From Fervidobacterium sp. (lineage in GTDB: Bacteria; Thermotogota; Thermotogae; Thermotogales; Fervidobacteriaceae): 64,000 nucleotides of DNA. The notes beneath the pieces were generated by a model. The model worked only from the letters and a program-made list of their open reading frames with translations. It ran no database searches and was not told where the DNA came from. The stretch is from NCBI GenBank assembly GCA_049970055.1, contig JBMFNR010000002.1, forward strand, positions 573,371 to 637,370. The letters are read 5' to 3'. Made by a program: the position numbers and the translations under genes. Below, piece by piece: positions 9,052 through 17,042 of this stretch (within the stretch, counting starts at the first letter, position 1; each line of letters begins with the position of its first letter).

Positions 9052-10048
9052 TTTAGGTATCGACCTTGGCACGGCCAATTTCATAGTTTACCAGCAGGGG
9101 AAAGGTATAGTTTTGAATGAGCCATCAGTTGTTGCAATCGAGAGGAAAACAAACAAGATTCTTGCAATTGGAAGTGAAGCAAAGGAAATGCTTGGCAAAA
9201 CTCCCGAAGATAAGATCTTAGCAGTTAAGCCCATGAGAGATGGTGTCATCGCAGACTATACAATTATATCAGAGGTTCTCAAATACTTCATGAAAAAGCT
9301 AAACAAAGGTTTGTTCTTCAAATGTAATATGGTTATAGGTATCCCCACGAAGACTACAAGCGTTGAACAAAGAGCAGTGTACGATGCCGCACTTAGGGCA
9401 GGGGCTAAGAGAGTGCATATTGTTTTAGAGCCAACAGCCGCTGCTATTGGAATTGGATTAGACGTGATGAAACCTATGGGGAACATGGTAATAGATATTG
9501 GTGGAGGTACAACAGATATTGCAGTTATAAGTCTTGGAGGTATTGTTGTTGGTGACTCTATAAAACTGGCTGGAAATGCACTCGATGAAGCTATTGTGAA
9601 AGGCATTAGGAGGACTTTTGGATTGATAATTGGGGAATCCACAGCAGAGGAGATAAAAATAAAGATAGGAAAAGTCCATCCTGACGTAGAAGATTTGGAA
9701 TTGGAGATAAAAGGTAGAGATGCAGTAACAGGTTTACCAAGAACTGAAGTGATAAATTCATCGGATGTTTATAGGATGGTTAAACCGGTTATAGATAATA
9801 TTATATCGCGTGTTAAACTTGTACTTGAAAAAACTCCACCAGAACTTTCGGCAGATATTATTCAGCATGGCATAGTTTTAACAGGTGGCGGAGCACTGCT
9901 GAGAGGTATTGATAAGGCTATACAAGATGAGATTGGAGTACCTTGTAAAGTTGCTGACGAGCCACTTTTGTGTGTTGCAAAAGGTACGGGAAAACTTCTT
10001 GAAGATGAAGAGTTACTCAAACATGTAGCCGTTACATACGAAAAATAA
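9038..10048 (+). CDS. mreB: Rod shape-determining actin MreB/Mbl
   Basis: GIDLGTAN, NEPSVVA, DIGGGTTD, LTGGGALL. ATG 9038 follows SD GGGGAG. Confidence 0.95.
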   Translation: MARNDLGIDLGTANFIVYQQGKGIVLNEPSVVAIERKTNKILAIGSEAKEMLGKTPEDKILAVKPMRDGVIADYTIISEVLKYFMKKLNKGLFFKCNMVIGIPTKTTSVEQRAVYDAALRAGAKRVHIVLEPTAAAIGIGLDVMKPMGNMVIDIGGGTTDIAVISLGGIVVGDSIKLAGNALDEAIVKGIRRTFGLIIGESTAEEIKIKIGKVHPDVEDLELEIKGRDAVTGLPRTEVINSSDVYRMVKPVIDNIISRVKLVLEKTPPELSADIIQHGIVLTGGGALLRGIDKAIQDEIGVPCKVADEPLLCVAKGTGKLLEDEELLKHVAVTYEK

Positions 10049-10099
10049 TTAAAAGCCTTTAAAAACCATTATATAAATCTTTACAGGAGTGTGGTTTTT

Positions 10100-10852
10100 T
10101 TGTACAGAGGCGTATACACAGCTGCAATGGGTATGTTAGTGGATATCACAAAAATTGATACGGTTTCAAATAATCTTGCCAATGTGGAAACGAATGGTTA
10201 TAAATTAGATACGCTCGCTTTTAAATCTTATTTGACGAAGGAAATTAACCGCATAAAACCAGAACCAGAAAACAGGCGTGTCGAAATCAAGAAAATAGGT
10301 AGTCTTGAACAGGCTGTCATTCTAGATGAGGTAAAGACACTTTACTCCCAAGGTATTTTAGAACAGACGAATGTACCTTCACACCTTGCGATCAGTGGGG
10401 AAGGATTTTTTTCTGTTCGAAGAGGCAACGATACTTTATTCACGAGAAATGGCGAGTTTCTGAGGGACAACACTGGAAAACTCGTGACCACTCAAGGTTA
10501 TACTCTTGTTGATGAGAACGGCAGAGACATAACAGTTCCAGAGCAATTTTCTGTGGATGAAAGTGGAAATATATTAGATGCAGGTGGTAACAAAATTGGT
10601 AGGATCCCCGTCTTTAATCTCAACGAGCCAAGAAAGATCGGCGATACACTTTTCACTGGTCAATCCCAAGTCGCACCGCAAGATAGTTTTAGGATTCTCT
10701 CAGGTTATGTAGAAAAATCAAATGTAAATGCGGTAAAAGAAATGGTAAAGATGATAGAAGCCCATAGACACTACGAAGCAACATCTAAAGTAATCGTTGT
10801 ACATGATGAACTCCTTAACAAAGTCATCAATAACGTTGGTGCGTTGAAATAA
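10100..10852 (+). CDS. flgF: Flagellar basal-body rod protein FlgF (FlhO-like)
   Basis: SNNLANVETNGYK, LAISGEGFF, FTRNGEF, EKSNVNAVKEMVKMI. Confidence 0.85.
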   Translation: MYRGVYTAAMGMLVDITKIDTVSNNLANVETNGYKLDTLAFKSYLTKEINRIKPEPENRRVEIKKIGSLEQAVILDEVKTLYSQGILEQTNVPSHLAISGEGFFSVRRGNDTLFTRNGEFLRDNTGKLVTTQGYTLVDENGRDITVPEQFSVDESGNILDAGGNKIGRIPVFNLNEPRKIGDTLFTGQSQVAPQDSFRILSGYVEKSNVNAVKEMVKMIEAHRHYEATSKVIVVHDELLNKVINNVGALK

Positions 10853-10879
10853 GTTTAAGAAAGCCAAATTGTTTAGTAG

Positions 10880-10905
10880 GATTGAGATAGGAGATTGAGA
10901 TAGGA
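10880..10905 (+). repeat. 13-bp tandem repeat GATTGAGATAGGA x2 in the flgG leader, ending at the RBS
   Basis: Exact copies at 10880-10892 and 10893-10905. Confidence 0.8.
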
Positions 10906-10914
10906 GGGAGTTAG

Positions 10915-11700
10915 ATGATCAATAGTCTATACACTGCAGCGACAGGTATGTGGGCTCAACAATTTAAGATGGACACCGTTTCGAACAATATCGCGAATGT
11001 CGATACGGCTGGCTATAAGAAGGTTAAGGCGGAATTCCAGGATTTGATTTACAGTTATTCGAAGAACGCTGGTGCTGCGACAGCGCAAAATTCTACTACT
11101 CCAACAGGTATATACGTAGGACACGGTGTAAAGCTTTCCGCGACAACGAAGATTTTCACGCAAGGTAACATAGAAAATACAGGTAATGCTCTTGATCTTG
11201 CAATTTCTGGTGACGGATTTTTCCAAATTCAGCTCCAAGATGGAAGAATTGCTTACACACGTGACGGGCAATTCAAAGTTGATAATCAAGGAAGGGTAGT
11301 AACGGCGAACGGCTTACTTTTATCACCGGCCATCGTTGTACCACAGAACGCTGTTTCTTTAACTGTATCACCTGATGGGATTGTGTCTGTTGAACTCGCC
11401 GATGGAACTATACAAAACCTCGGTACGATAACGCTTGTGAGGTTTGTCAATCCAGCGGGTTTGAAATCGATTGGTGATAACCTATACATAGCGACGAACG
11501 CAAGTGGAGAACCGATAGAAGGGACCGCTGGTCAAGATGGTTTTGGAACTATAATGCAAGGCTACGTTGAGAAATCTAACGTGGACGTTGTTAAAGAAAT
11601 GGTCGACATGATTACAGCCATGAGGGCTTATGAATTTAACTCAAGATCGATAATGACCGCCGATCAGATGTTACAAACGGCAAGCAACTTGAGAAGATAG
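10915..11700 (+). CDS. flgG: Flagellar basal-body rod protein FlgG
   Basis: SLYTAATGM, SNNIANVDTAGYK, FQDLIY, YTRDGQF, EKSNVDVVKEMVDMITAMRAYE. Confidence 0.95.
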   Translation: MINSLYTAATGMWAQQFKMDTVSNNIANVDTAGYKKVKAEFQDLIYSYSKNAGAATAQNSTTPTGIYVGHGVKLSATTKIFTQGNIENTGNALDLAISGDGFFQIQLQDGRIAYTRDGQFKVDNQGRVVTANGLLLSPAIVVPQNAVSLTVSPDGIVSVELADGTIQNLGTITLVRFVNPAGLKSIGDNLYIATNASGEPIEGTAGQDGFGTIMQGYVEKSNVDVVKEMVDMITAMRAYEFNSRSIMTADQMLQTASNLRR

Positions 11701-11726
11701 AAGATAATGAAACTTATAAAATAGCG

Positions 11727-11760
11727 TCCCCAGGATGGAAACTCCTGGGGATTTATTTAT
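11727..11760 (+). terminator. Rho-independent terminator after flgG
   Basis: TCCCCAGGA-tggaaac-TCCTGGGGA followed by TTTATTTAT. Confidence 0.8.
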
Positions 11761-11769
11761 ACTTGGCAT

Positions 11770-11780
11770 TGTGATATAAT
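11770..11780 (+). promoter_or_regulatory. Extended -10 promoter TGTGATATAAT
   Basis: Matches TRTGnTATAAT, about 45 bp upstream of the HEAT gene and just after the terminator. Confidence 0.6.
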
Positions 11781-11823
11781 TGTTTCGACGCTCAGGATAA
11801 AAACGAAATTAGGAGGTGCTACT

Positions 11824-12465
11824 TTGGACGAAAAATTTGAAAAAAACACTGAACGCGAAGAACTTATCAAACGTATATTAGAGGAAAAAGGTGCTAGTGC
11901 GTTCGATGATATGATAAAATTACTTGACGATGAGGATGAAAACGTACGTGAAATAGCGACGGAAGTTCTTTATCGACTTGGCGAAAGTGTTAAGCCAAAA
12001 ATAGAAGCTTATGTGAAAAAAGAAGTACTTCGCGGCGAAAAAAACAATATGAAATTGCTGTACTTAATTGATCTACTTGGCGACATGGACGCGAGAAATT
12101 TAATAAAAGATATTGTTAAAGCGATGGAACTTTACGATTTTGAGGAAGCTCAACTTGTTATATACGAAGCCTTAGCAAAACTCGGTGGTGGTGAACAATT
12201 TTATCCGCTCCTAAGATACATGCTTCTTGAAGGTGATGAACGATTTATGTTTGGATCACAAGTTGCGATGGTGATGTCGTACTTAGATATACCAGAGATA
12301 GTGAGTGACTTAGTGAAGGCAATTGACAGTGGTGATTTCAAAGGTGAGGACTTGGAGTTAATCAAGCAGTCATTAACGAATGTCATAAACAAGCATCCTT
12401 CGTATAAGGAGATTTTAATTACACTCGTAGGAGAAGATAACTTTCTCAATTACATTGTTAAATAA
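11824..12465 (+). CDS. HEAT-repeat protein
   Basis: LIKLLDDEDENVREIATEVLYRLG-type HEAT repeats; TTG start with SD AGGAGG. Confidence 0.75.
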   Translation: MDEKFEKNTEREELIKRILEEKGASAFDDMIKLLDDEDENVREIATEVLYRLGESVKPKIEAYVKKEVLRGEKNNMKLLYLIDLLGDMDARNLIKDIVKAMELYDFEEAQLVIYEALAKLGGGEQFYPLLRYMLLEGDERFMFGSQVAMVMSYLDIPEIVSDLVKAIDSGDFKGEDLELIKQSLTNVINKHPSYKEILITLVGEDNFLNYIVK

Positions 12466-12492
12466 TTTTATTAGATGGGAGGAGTGGTTTTC

Positions 12493-13101
12493 TTGCTGTG
12501 GCTTGCGGCCGTTGTGGGGTATTTTATTGGTGCTATTCCTTTCAGCTACGTTATACCAAAATTGCGTGGCGTAGACATAACAAAGGTTGGAAGCGGAAAC
12601 GTTGGAGGAACTAACGTTTTGAGAAACCTTGGAACACTTTACGGAGCGCTTGCAATGTTTTTGGATATAATTAAGGCAGTTATCGCTGTTTTACTTTTCA
12701 AAAAATTTGGCGAAAGTGTAATGGTTATGGCCGGCGCTATGTCTGTGGTTGGTCACTGTTATTCTCCTTTCGTTAAATTTAAGGGAGGTAAGGGTGTTGC
12801 TACTACGCTTGGGACGTTTTTTGCCATATTTCCGCAAGCTGGTATGTTTTCACTTGGTGTTTGGATAGCTATAGTAGCGATAACACAATACGTTTCACTT
12901 GCTTCGATTGTCGGGCTCATTTCTGGTAGTATATTTGCTTTGATTTTTAGCAAAGAGTACTGGGTTGTTTTCTTGGCCCTCGCACTTTTTTCCGTTTTTC
13001 GTCATAAAGAAAATATAAAAAGGTTGCTGGAAAAAAACGAGAGGAAAACCAATGTGGTAGATTATTTTCTTGGTTGGATGGACAAAAGAAAAATCCAGTG
13101 A
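12493..13101 (+). CDS. plsY: Glycerol-3-phosphate acyltransferase PlsY
   Basis: GSGNVGGTNVLR, GHCYSPF.KFKGGKGVAT, RHKENIKRL. TTG start chosen from the SD; ORF track gives 12475. Confidence 0.95.
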   Translation: MLWLAAVVGYFIGAIPFSYVIPKLRGVDITKVGSGNVGGTNVLRNLGTLYGALAMFLDIIKAVIAVLLFKKFGESVMVMAGAMSVVGHCYSPFVKFKGGKGVATTLGTFFAIFPQAGMFSLGVWIAIVAITQYVSLASIVGLISGSIFALIFSKEYWVVFLALALFSVFRHKENIKRLLEKNERKTNVVDYFLGWMDKRKIQ

Positions 13102-13124
13102 AAAAGGTTGTGAAGAGGGATTCT

Positions 13125-14657
13125 ATGAAGTTGACTTATGCATTTAAAATCTGTATTTTAATGTTGGTTATTCTTAGTTCATCAATATTTGCAGTTATTG
13201 ATGAAGAGAGTGCACGTAATTATTTTTCTCAATCTTTGATACAGATGTATATGGGGAAATATGACAAAGCTTACGAATTTTCGAAAAAAGCTCTGTCGGG
13301 TAGGGTCTATGTAAATGAACTGCAGTATTTCTGGTTTTTAAGAGGAAAGTTGGCTATTGCTAACGGATTCATTGATAAAGCCATCGAAGAGTTTGGAACA
13401 TTTACTCAGCTTGTAAAAAGCGACGATATAGATAACATAATTGCCAAAGTTAACTATTTTCGCGCTTTAAATTTGCTTCCTTCGAAGATTTTTGAACTTA
13501 AATACATAGAGAGCACAGTTGGGATAATAAATGGTATTGAATATTTTCAAAACCCCGTAAGCGTAGCTATCTACGGTGATTCGTATTGTGTACTTGATAG
13601 CAAGAATAAAAGAGTTATCTTTTTCAAGAAAAATCGAATGACTAAGATAAAAAAAGTGTCAAATGAGTTGAAGCAAATAATTTTTGACAGAGATGGTAAT
13701 CTTTACCTTGTTGGTCAGAATGCCATATTTAATGATTCGGAAGTTGAATTATTAAAAGGACTTCACACACCCATAGTTGCAGGTTTCGATAGGGACAATA
13801 ACATGTACATAGTAGATTTTGATAAAGTCGTCGTATTTAACACATATTCAGGAAACATATCTAATCGTAACCTTTCACAAAAAACTCTCGCAATTGACGC
13901 AGAGTTAACTGTTGATAGATTGTATATACTTGATGGTTTAAGGCAAGAAATCAATGTGTACGATTTAAGAAGTTTCTCAAAGATACAATCCATAAAACTG
14001 TCTGAAAAAGTTTGGAATTTTGAGGTAACACCTTACGGCGATATTATTTACTTAGCCAAGGATGGTGTTATCGCGGGTAAACAAAAATTTGACTTGAAAG
14101 ATGTTGATCTTATAGAATACAGTTATCCAACTTTATTTGCGATTAAGTGGAAAAATCGTCAGATTGATCAATACATTTTAAAAGATGATAAGCCAATTTT
14201 TGTAAATATTGAAAAGATGGAATTCGATGACAACTACATATATGCTTACGTAAGTGTTGAGGATCTTTTTGGCGACGAACTTCATTACATAGGACATTCA
14301 TTAAGTGTTTTTGAACACGATGTTTATGTACCATCGGAAGTTTACAGCTCTGTAGAGCAATTGAGATTCTTATCTTTAAAGCAATGCAAAGGCGAGCTTA
14401 CTATGTACCGGTTGCAAGGTTTAAAGATATTAGGTAATTGCCAAGTGCTCAGTAAATTTACTGGCGCACCATCCGATGAAAGCATAGTGAAAAAAAGAAG
14501 AAAATTAATATGGGTTGCGAAGTGGAACTACCTAAGACCTGTACCACCAGGGATAATAAAGGTTAGTGCACGTGTGTCATTTAAAAACAATACTTATTTC
14601 GACGCAGCTTTTTACACACAGATGCTTATAAAATCGCAAGAATTGAGAAAGCACTAA
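13125..14657 (+). CDS. Exported protein with TPR and NHL/beta-propeller-like repeats
   Basis: Signal-peptide-like N-terminus (ending SSIFA), TPR-like helices, NPVSVAI..D..CVLDSKNKRV NHL-like repeats. Confidence 0.6.
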   Translation: MKLTYAFKICILMLVILSSSIFAVIDEESARNYFSQSLIQMYMGKYDKAYEFSKKALSGRVYVNELQYFWFLRGKLAIANGFIDKAIEEFGTFTQLVKSDDIDNIIAKVNYFRALNLLPSKIFELKYIESTVGIINGIEYFQNPVSVAIYGDSYCVLDSKNKRVIFFKKNRMTKIKKVSNELKQIIFDRDGNLYLVGQNAIFNDSEVELLKGLHTPIVAGFDRDNNMYIVDFDKVVVFNTYSGNISNRNLSQKTLAIDAELTVDRLYILDGLRQEINVYDLRSFSKIQSIKLSEKVWNFEVTPYGDIIYLAKDGVIAGKQKFDLKDVDLIEYSYPTLFAIKWKNRQIDQYILKDDKPIFVNIEKMEFDDNYIYAYVSVEDLFGDELHYIGHSLSVFEHDVYVPSEVYSSVEQLRFLSLKQCKGELTMYRLQGLKILGNCQVLSKFTGAPSDESIVKKRRKLIWVAKWNYLRPVPPGIIKVSARVSFKNNTYFDAAFYTQMLIKSQELRKH

Positions 14658-14679
14658 TCCAAATACGGGGAAGTGCCTT

Positions 14680-15126
14680 ATGAAGAATTCCGAAATTTTA
14701 GAAAAGATAGAGAAAGCGGTTGAATTTGCAAAAGAAGGTAAGATAAAAAATGCGATGGAAATTTACGAAAGTCTTCTGGAATATGAAATTCCAGAAGTAT
14801 ATAATAACATTGGGAACCTGTACAGACGGGAAGGCTTTTTAGGTAAAGCCATAGAAATGTACAAAAAAGCTATACAAATAGATCAAAACTTTCCACTCGC
14901 ATATTTCAACCTTGGCTGCGCACTTATGGAGCTGGAGAGATATAACGAAGCGCGGATGTTTTTGGAAAAGGCGGAAAAGCTTGGGATAAAGGGTTTTGAG
15001 ATAGACGTTCAACTGGCACTTTCTTACCTTGCAATTGGAGAATTGGCGAAAGCAAAAGAGAGATTAAAAAATGAAGACGTACGGCGCGAAGTTTCCAAGT
15101 ACGTCGAAGGAGGACTTAATTTATGA
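14680..15126 (+). CDS. TPR-repeat protein
   Basis: VYNNIGNLY...AIEMYKKAIQIDQNFPLAYFNLG. Confidence 0.85.
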   Translation: MKNSEILEKIEKAVEFAKEGKIKNAMEIYESLLEYEIPEVYNNIGNLYRREGFLGKAIEMYKKAIQIDQNFPLAYFNLGCALMELERYNEARMFLEKAEKLGIKGFEIDVQLALSYLAIGELAKAKERLKNEDVRREVSKYVEGGLNL

Positions 15127-15755
15127 TAAACATCAGCAAATTGGATTTAAACTACGTTTTGGAGATTACGAAATATTTGACTAACAATTGGTACGTAGTG
15201 CTTCCTCTCGCTGTATTTTTCTACTTTCTTTCAGATTTAGTTGAAGCTATGACTGTATTCGGTATAGGAGCGTTACTCAGCGCTGGGTATATTTATCCGT
15301 GGATGTCAAATGTACTTAAAAGTTTTTACCCTGATATCTACACTTTTCTGCAAAACCGTGAAATTTTATTTTTGATTGTTTTTACTGTTTTTTTTGGGGT
15401 GATATTCTACGGATTGTACAAGCTAACTATATTTCTTGGAAGCATGGTGCTATCTTTTGTAGGTATTCTTTTCCTCTTCAATACATTTTTTGGACCACAT
15501 GTTGAATGGTACATACCAGTTACCGCTGGGTTGGTAGGTGGAATCATTGCAGGTTCGTATGCTTTGAGGAATAGCTGGAAGTTCGTTGGTTTTATAGCGG
15601 CGAGTCTTTCTTCTTTTGTAATTTCAACTGTTGGATTTGCTTTGTTCAAAGAATATCTTTTCAATTTTTCCGAATTTGTCTACTTATGGCTTGTTTTTGT
15701 ATTTACGTTGATTTTACTTTTTGTAAGAGTAAAATACGCTTGGAGGAAAGAATGA
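15123..15755 (+). CDS. Multi-pass membrane protein, unknown function
   Basis: About 7 hydrophobic segments; overlaps the upstream stop codon; SD GGAGG. Confidence 0.7.
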   Translation: MINISKLDLNYVLEITKYLTNNWYVVLPLAVFFYFLSDLVEAMTVFGIGALLSAGYIYPWMSNVLKSFYPDIYTFLQNREILFLIVFTVFFGVIFYGLYKLTIFLGSMVLSFVGILFLFNTFFGPHVEWYIPVTAGLVGGIIAGSYALRNSWKFVGFIAASLSSFVISTVGFALFKEYLFNFSEFVYLWLVFVFTLILLFVRVKYAWRKE

Positions 15756-15758
15756 AGT

Positions 15759-16511
15759 ATGAAGAAGATATGGAATTTTCTAAGAACGATCTGGTTTTTA
15801 GTTGGTGCTTTTCTTTACATTTTTATGTATGGTTTAATAGTTCTAATAATAGGAGCAATTCTGGGAAAGGAAAAAGGGAGAAAGTTTGTTCTAAGACAAA
15901 TTGAAATTTTTGGACGCCTCGCATTCAAATTGCTTGGTGTGAAGGTTTACGTATGTGGTGTGAAACCGAACGTAGATAAAAATTACATAGTTGTTTGTAA
16001 CCATCAAAGTATACTCGATATCCCACTTGTCATAGGTTACATTGGTCCTACTCCTTTCATAGCGAAAAAGGAGCTTGGAAAGCTCCCAATGATAAATGTA
16101 TTTCTAAGGTATCTCGGCAGTGAATTGATCGATAGAGGAAATATCAGACAGACAGCTTTGACAATAAAAGAGGTTATGAGAAAATTAAGTGAAGGGTATC
16201 ATTTTGTGATATTCCCTGAGGGGACAAGATCAGTTGACGGGGAAGTTCATGAGTTTAAGCCAAGAAGTTTAGAAATAGCATTGAAATCAAAAGTACCTAT
16301 ACTGCCGGTGTCTATATGGGGTAATCACCTTGTTATTCCAAAACACAAATTAACTGTCCAAGGAAGCAAGACAGGAATTTTTATAAATGAACTTGTCTTC
16401 CCAGAGAATTTTTCATCGGAAGAAGAACTGAGAAAACACGTTGAGGATGTTATTAAATCTGGTGTTGAAAGGTTGAAAGAGGTGATAAATCATGAAAAAG
16501 GCAATTGTTAA
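15759..16511 (+). CDS. plsC: 1-acyl-sn-glycerol-3-phosphate acyltransferase
   Basis: NHQSILD (HX4D), FIAKKEL, IFPEGTRS. Confidence 0.92.
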   Translation: MKKIWNFLRTIWFLVGAFLYIFMYGLIVLIIGAILGKEKGRKFVLRQIEIFGRLAFKLLGVKVYVCGVKPNVDKNYIVVCNHQSILDIPLVIGYIGPTPFIAKKELGKLPMINVFLRYLGSELIDRGNIRQTALTIKEVMRKLSEGYHFVIFPEGTRSVDGEVHEFKPRSLEIALKSKVPILPVSIWGNHLVIPKHKLTVQGSKTGIFINELVFPENFSSEEELRKHVEDVIKSGVERLKEVINHEKGNC

Positions 16512-17028
16512 GGCTCTTGTTCTTGATAAAGTTTCAAACACACCCGTTGTTTTATTGGGTATAGAAAACACTAAAAAGGTACTGCCCATCTGGATTGGAG
16601 CATGTGAAGCGAGCGTCATGGCAATCGCGATAGAAAAAGTACCATTTGACAGACCTCTAACTCATGATTTGATAATAAATATTGTGAATGATGTAAGCCT
16701 GAAAATTGAACGTTTTGTAATACACTCGATCAAAGACAACATATTTTATGCGAAGATAATCCTCAAGGACTTGACATTGTCAGAGCAAGAAATTTCAGAT
16801 GGTGTTAATCCATACATAGAAATAGACGCAAGGCCTTCCGATTGTATAATATTATCTTTAAAAACTGGTGCACCACTTTACGTTACAAACGATATAATAG
16901 CAACGGAAGCGATTGATATAGAAAATTTGGATCAAACAGATGAGGAGTTCAAAAAGTTTGTTGAGAATATGGATATTAACGAATTTAGAAAATTACTTGA
17001 TGATGATTACCAATCTACAGGTGAATAA
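16492..17028 (+). CDS. Bifunctional nuclease family protein (DUF151)
   Basis: LPIWIG..EA, RPLTHDL, IDARPSD motifs. Confidence 0.9.
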   Translation: MKKAIVKALVLDKVSNTPVVLLGIENTKKVLPIWIGACEASVMAIAIEKVPFDRPLTHDLIINIVNDVSLKIERFVIHSIKDNIFYAKIILKDLTLSEQEISDGVNPYIEIDARPSDCIILSLKTGAPLYVTNDIIATEAIDIENLDQTDEEFKKFVENMDINEFRKLLDDDYQSTGE

Positions 17029-17042
17029 TATAGGGGGGCAAT

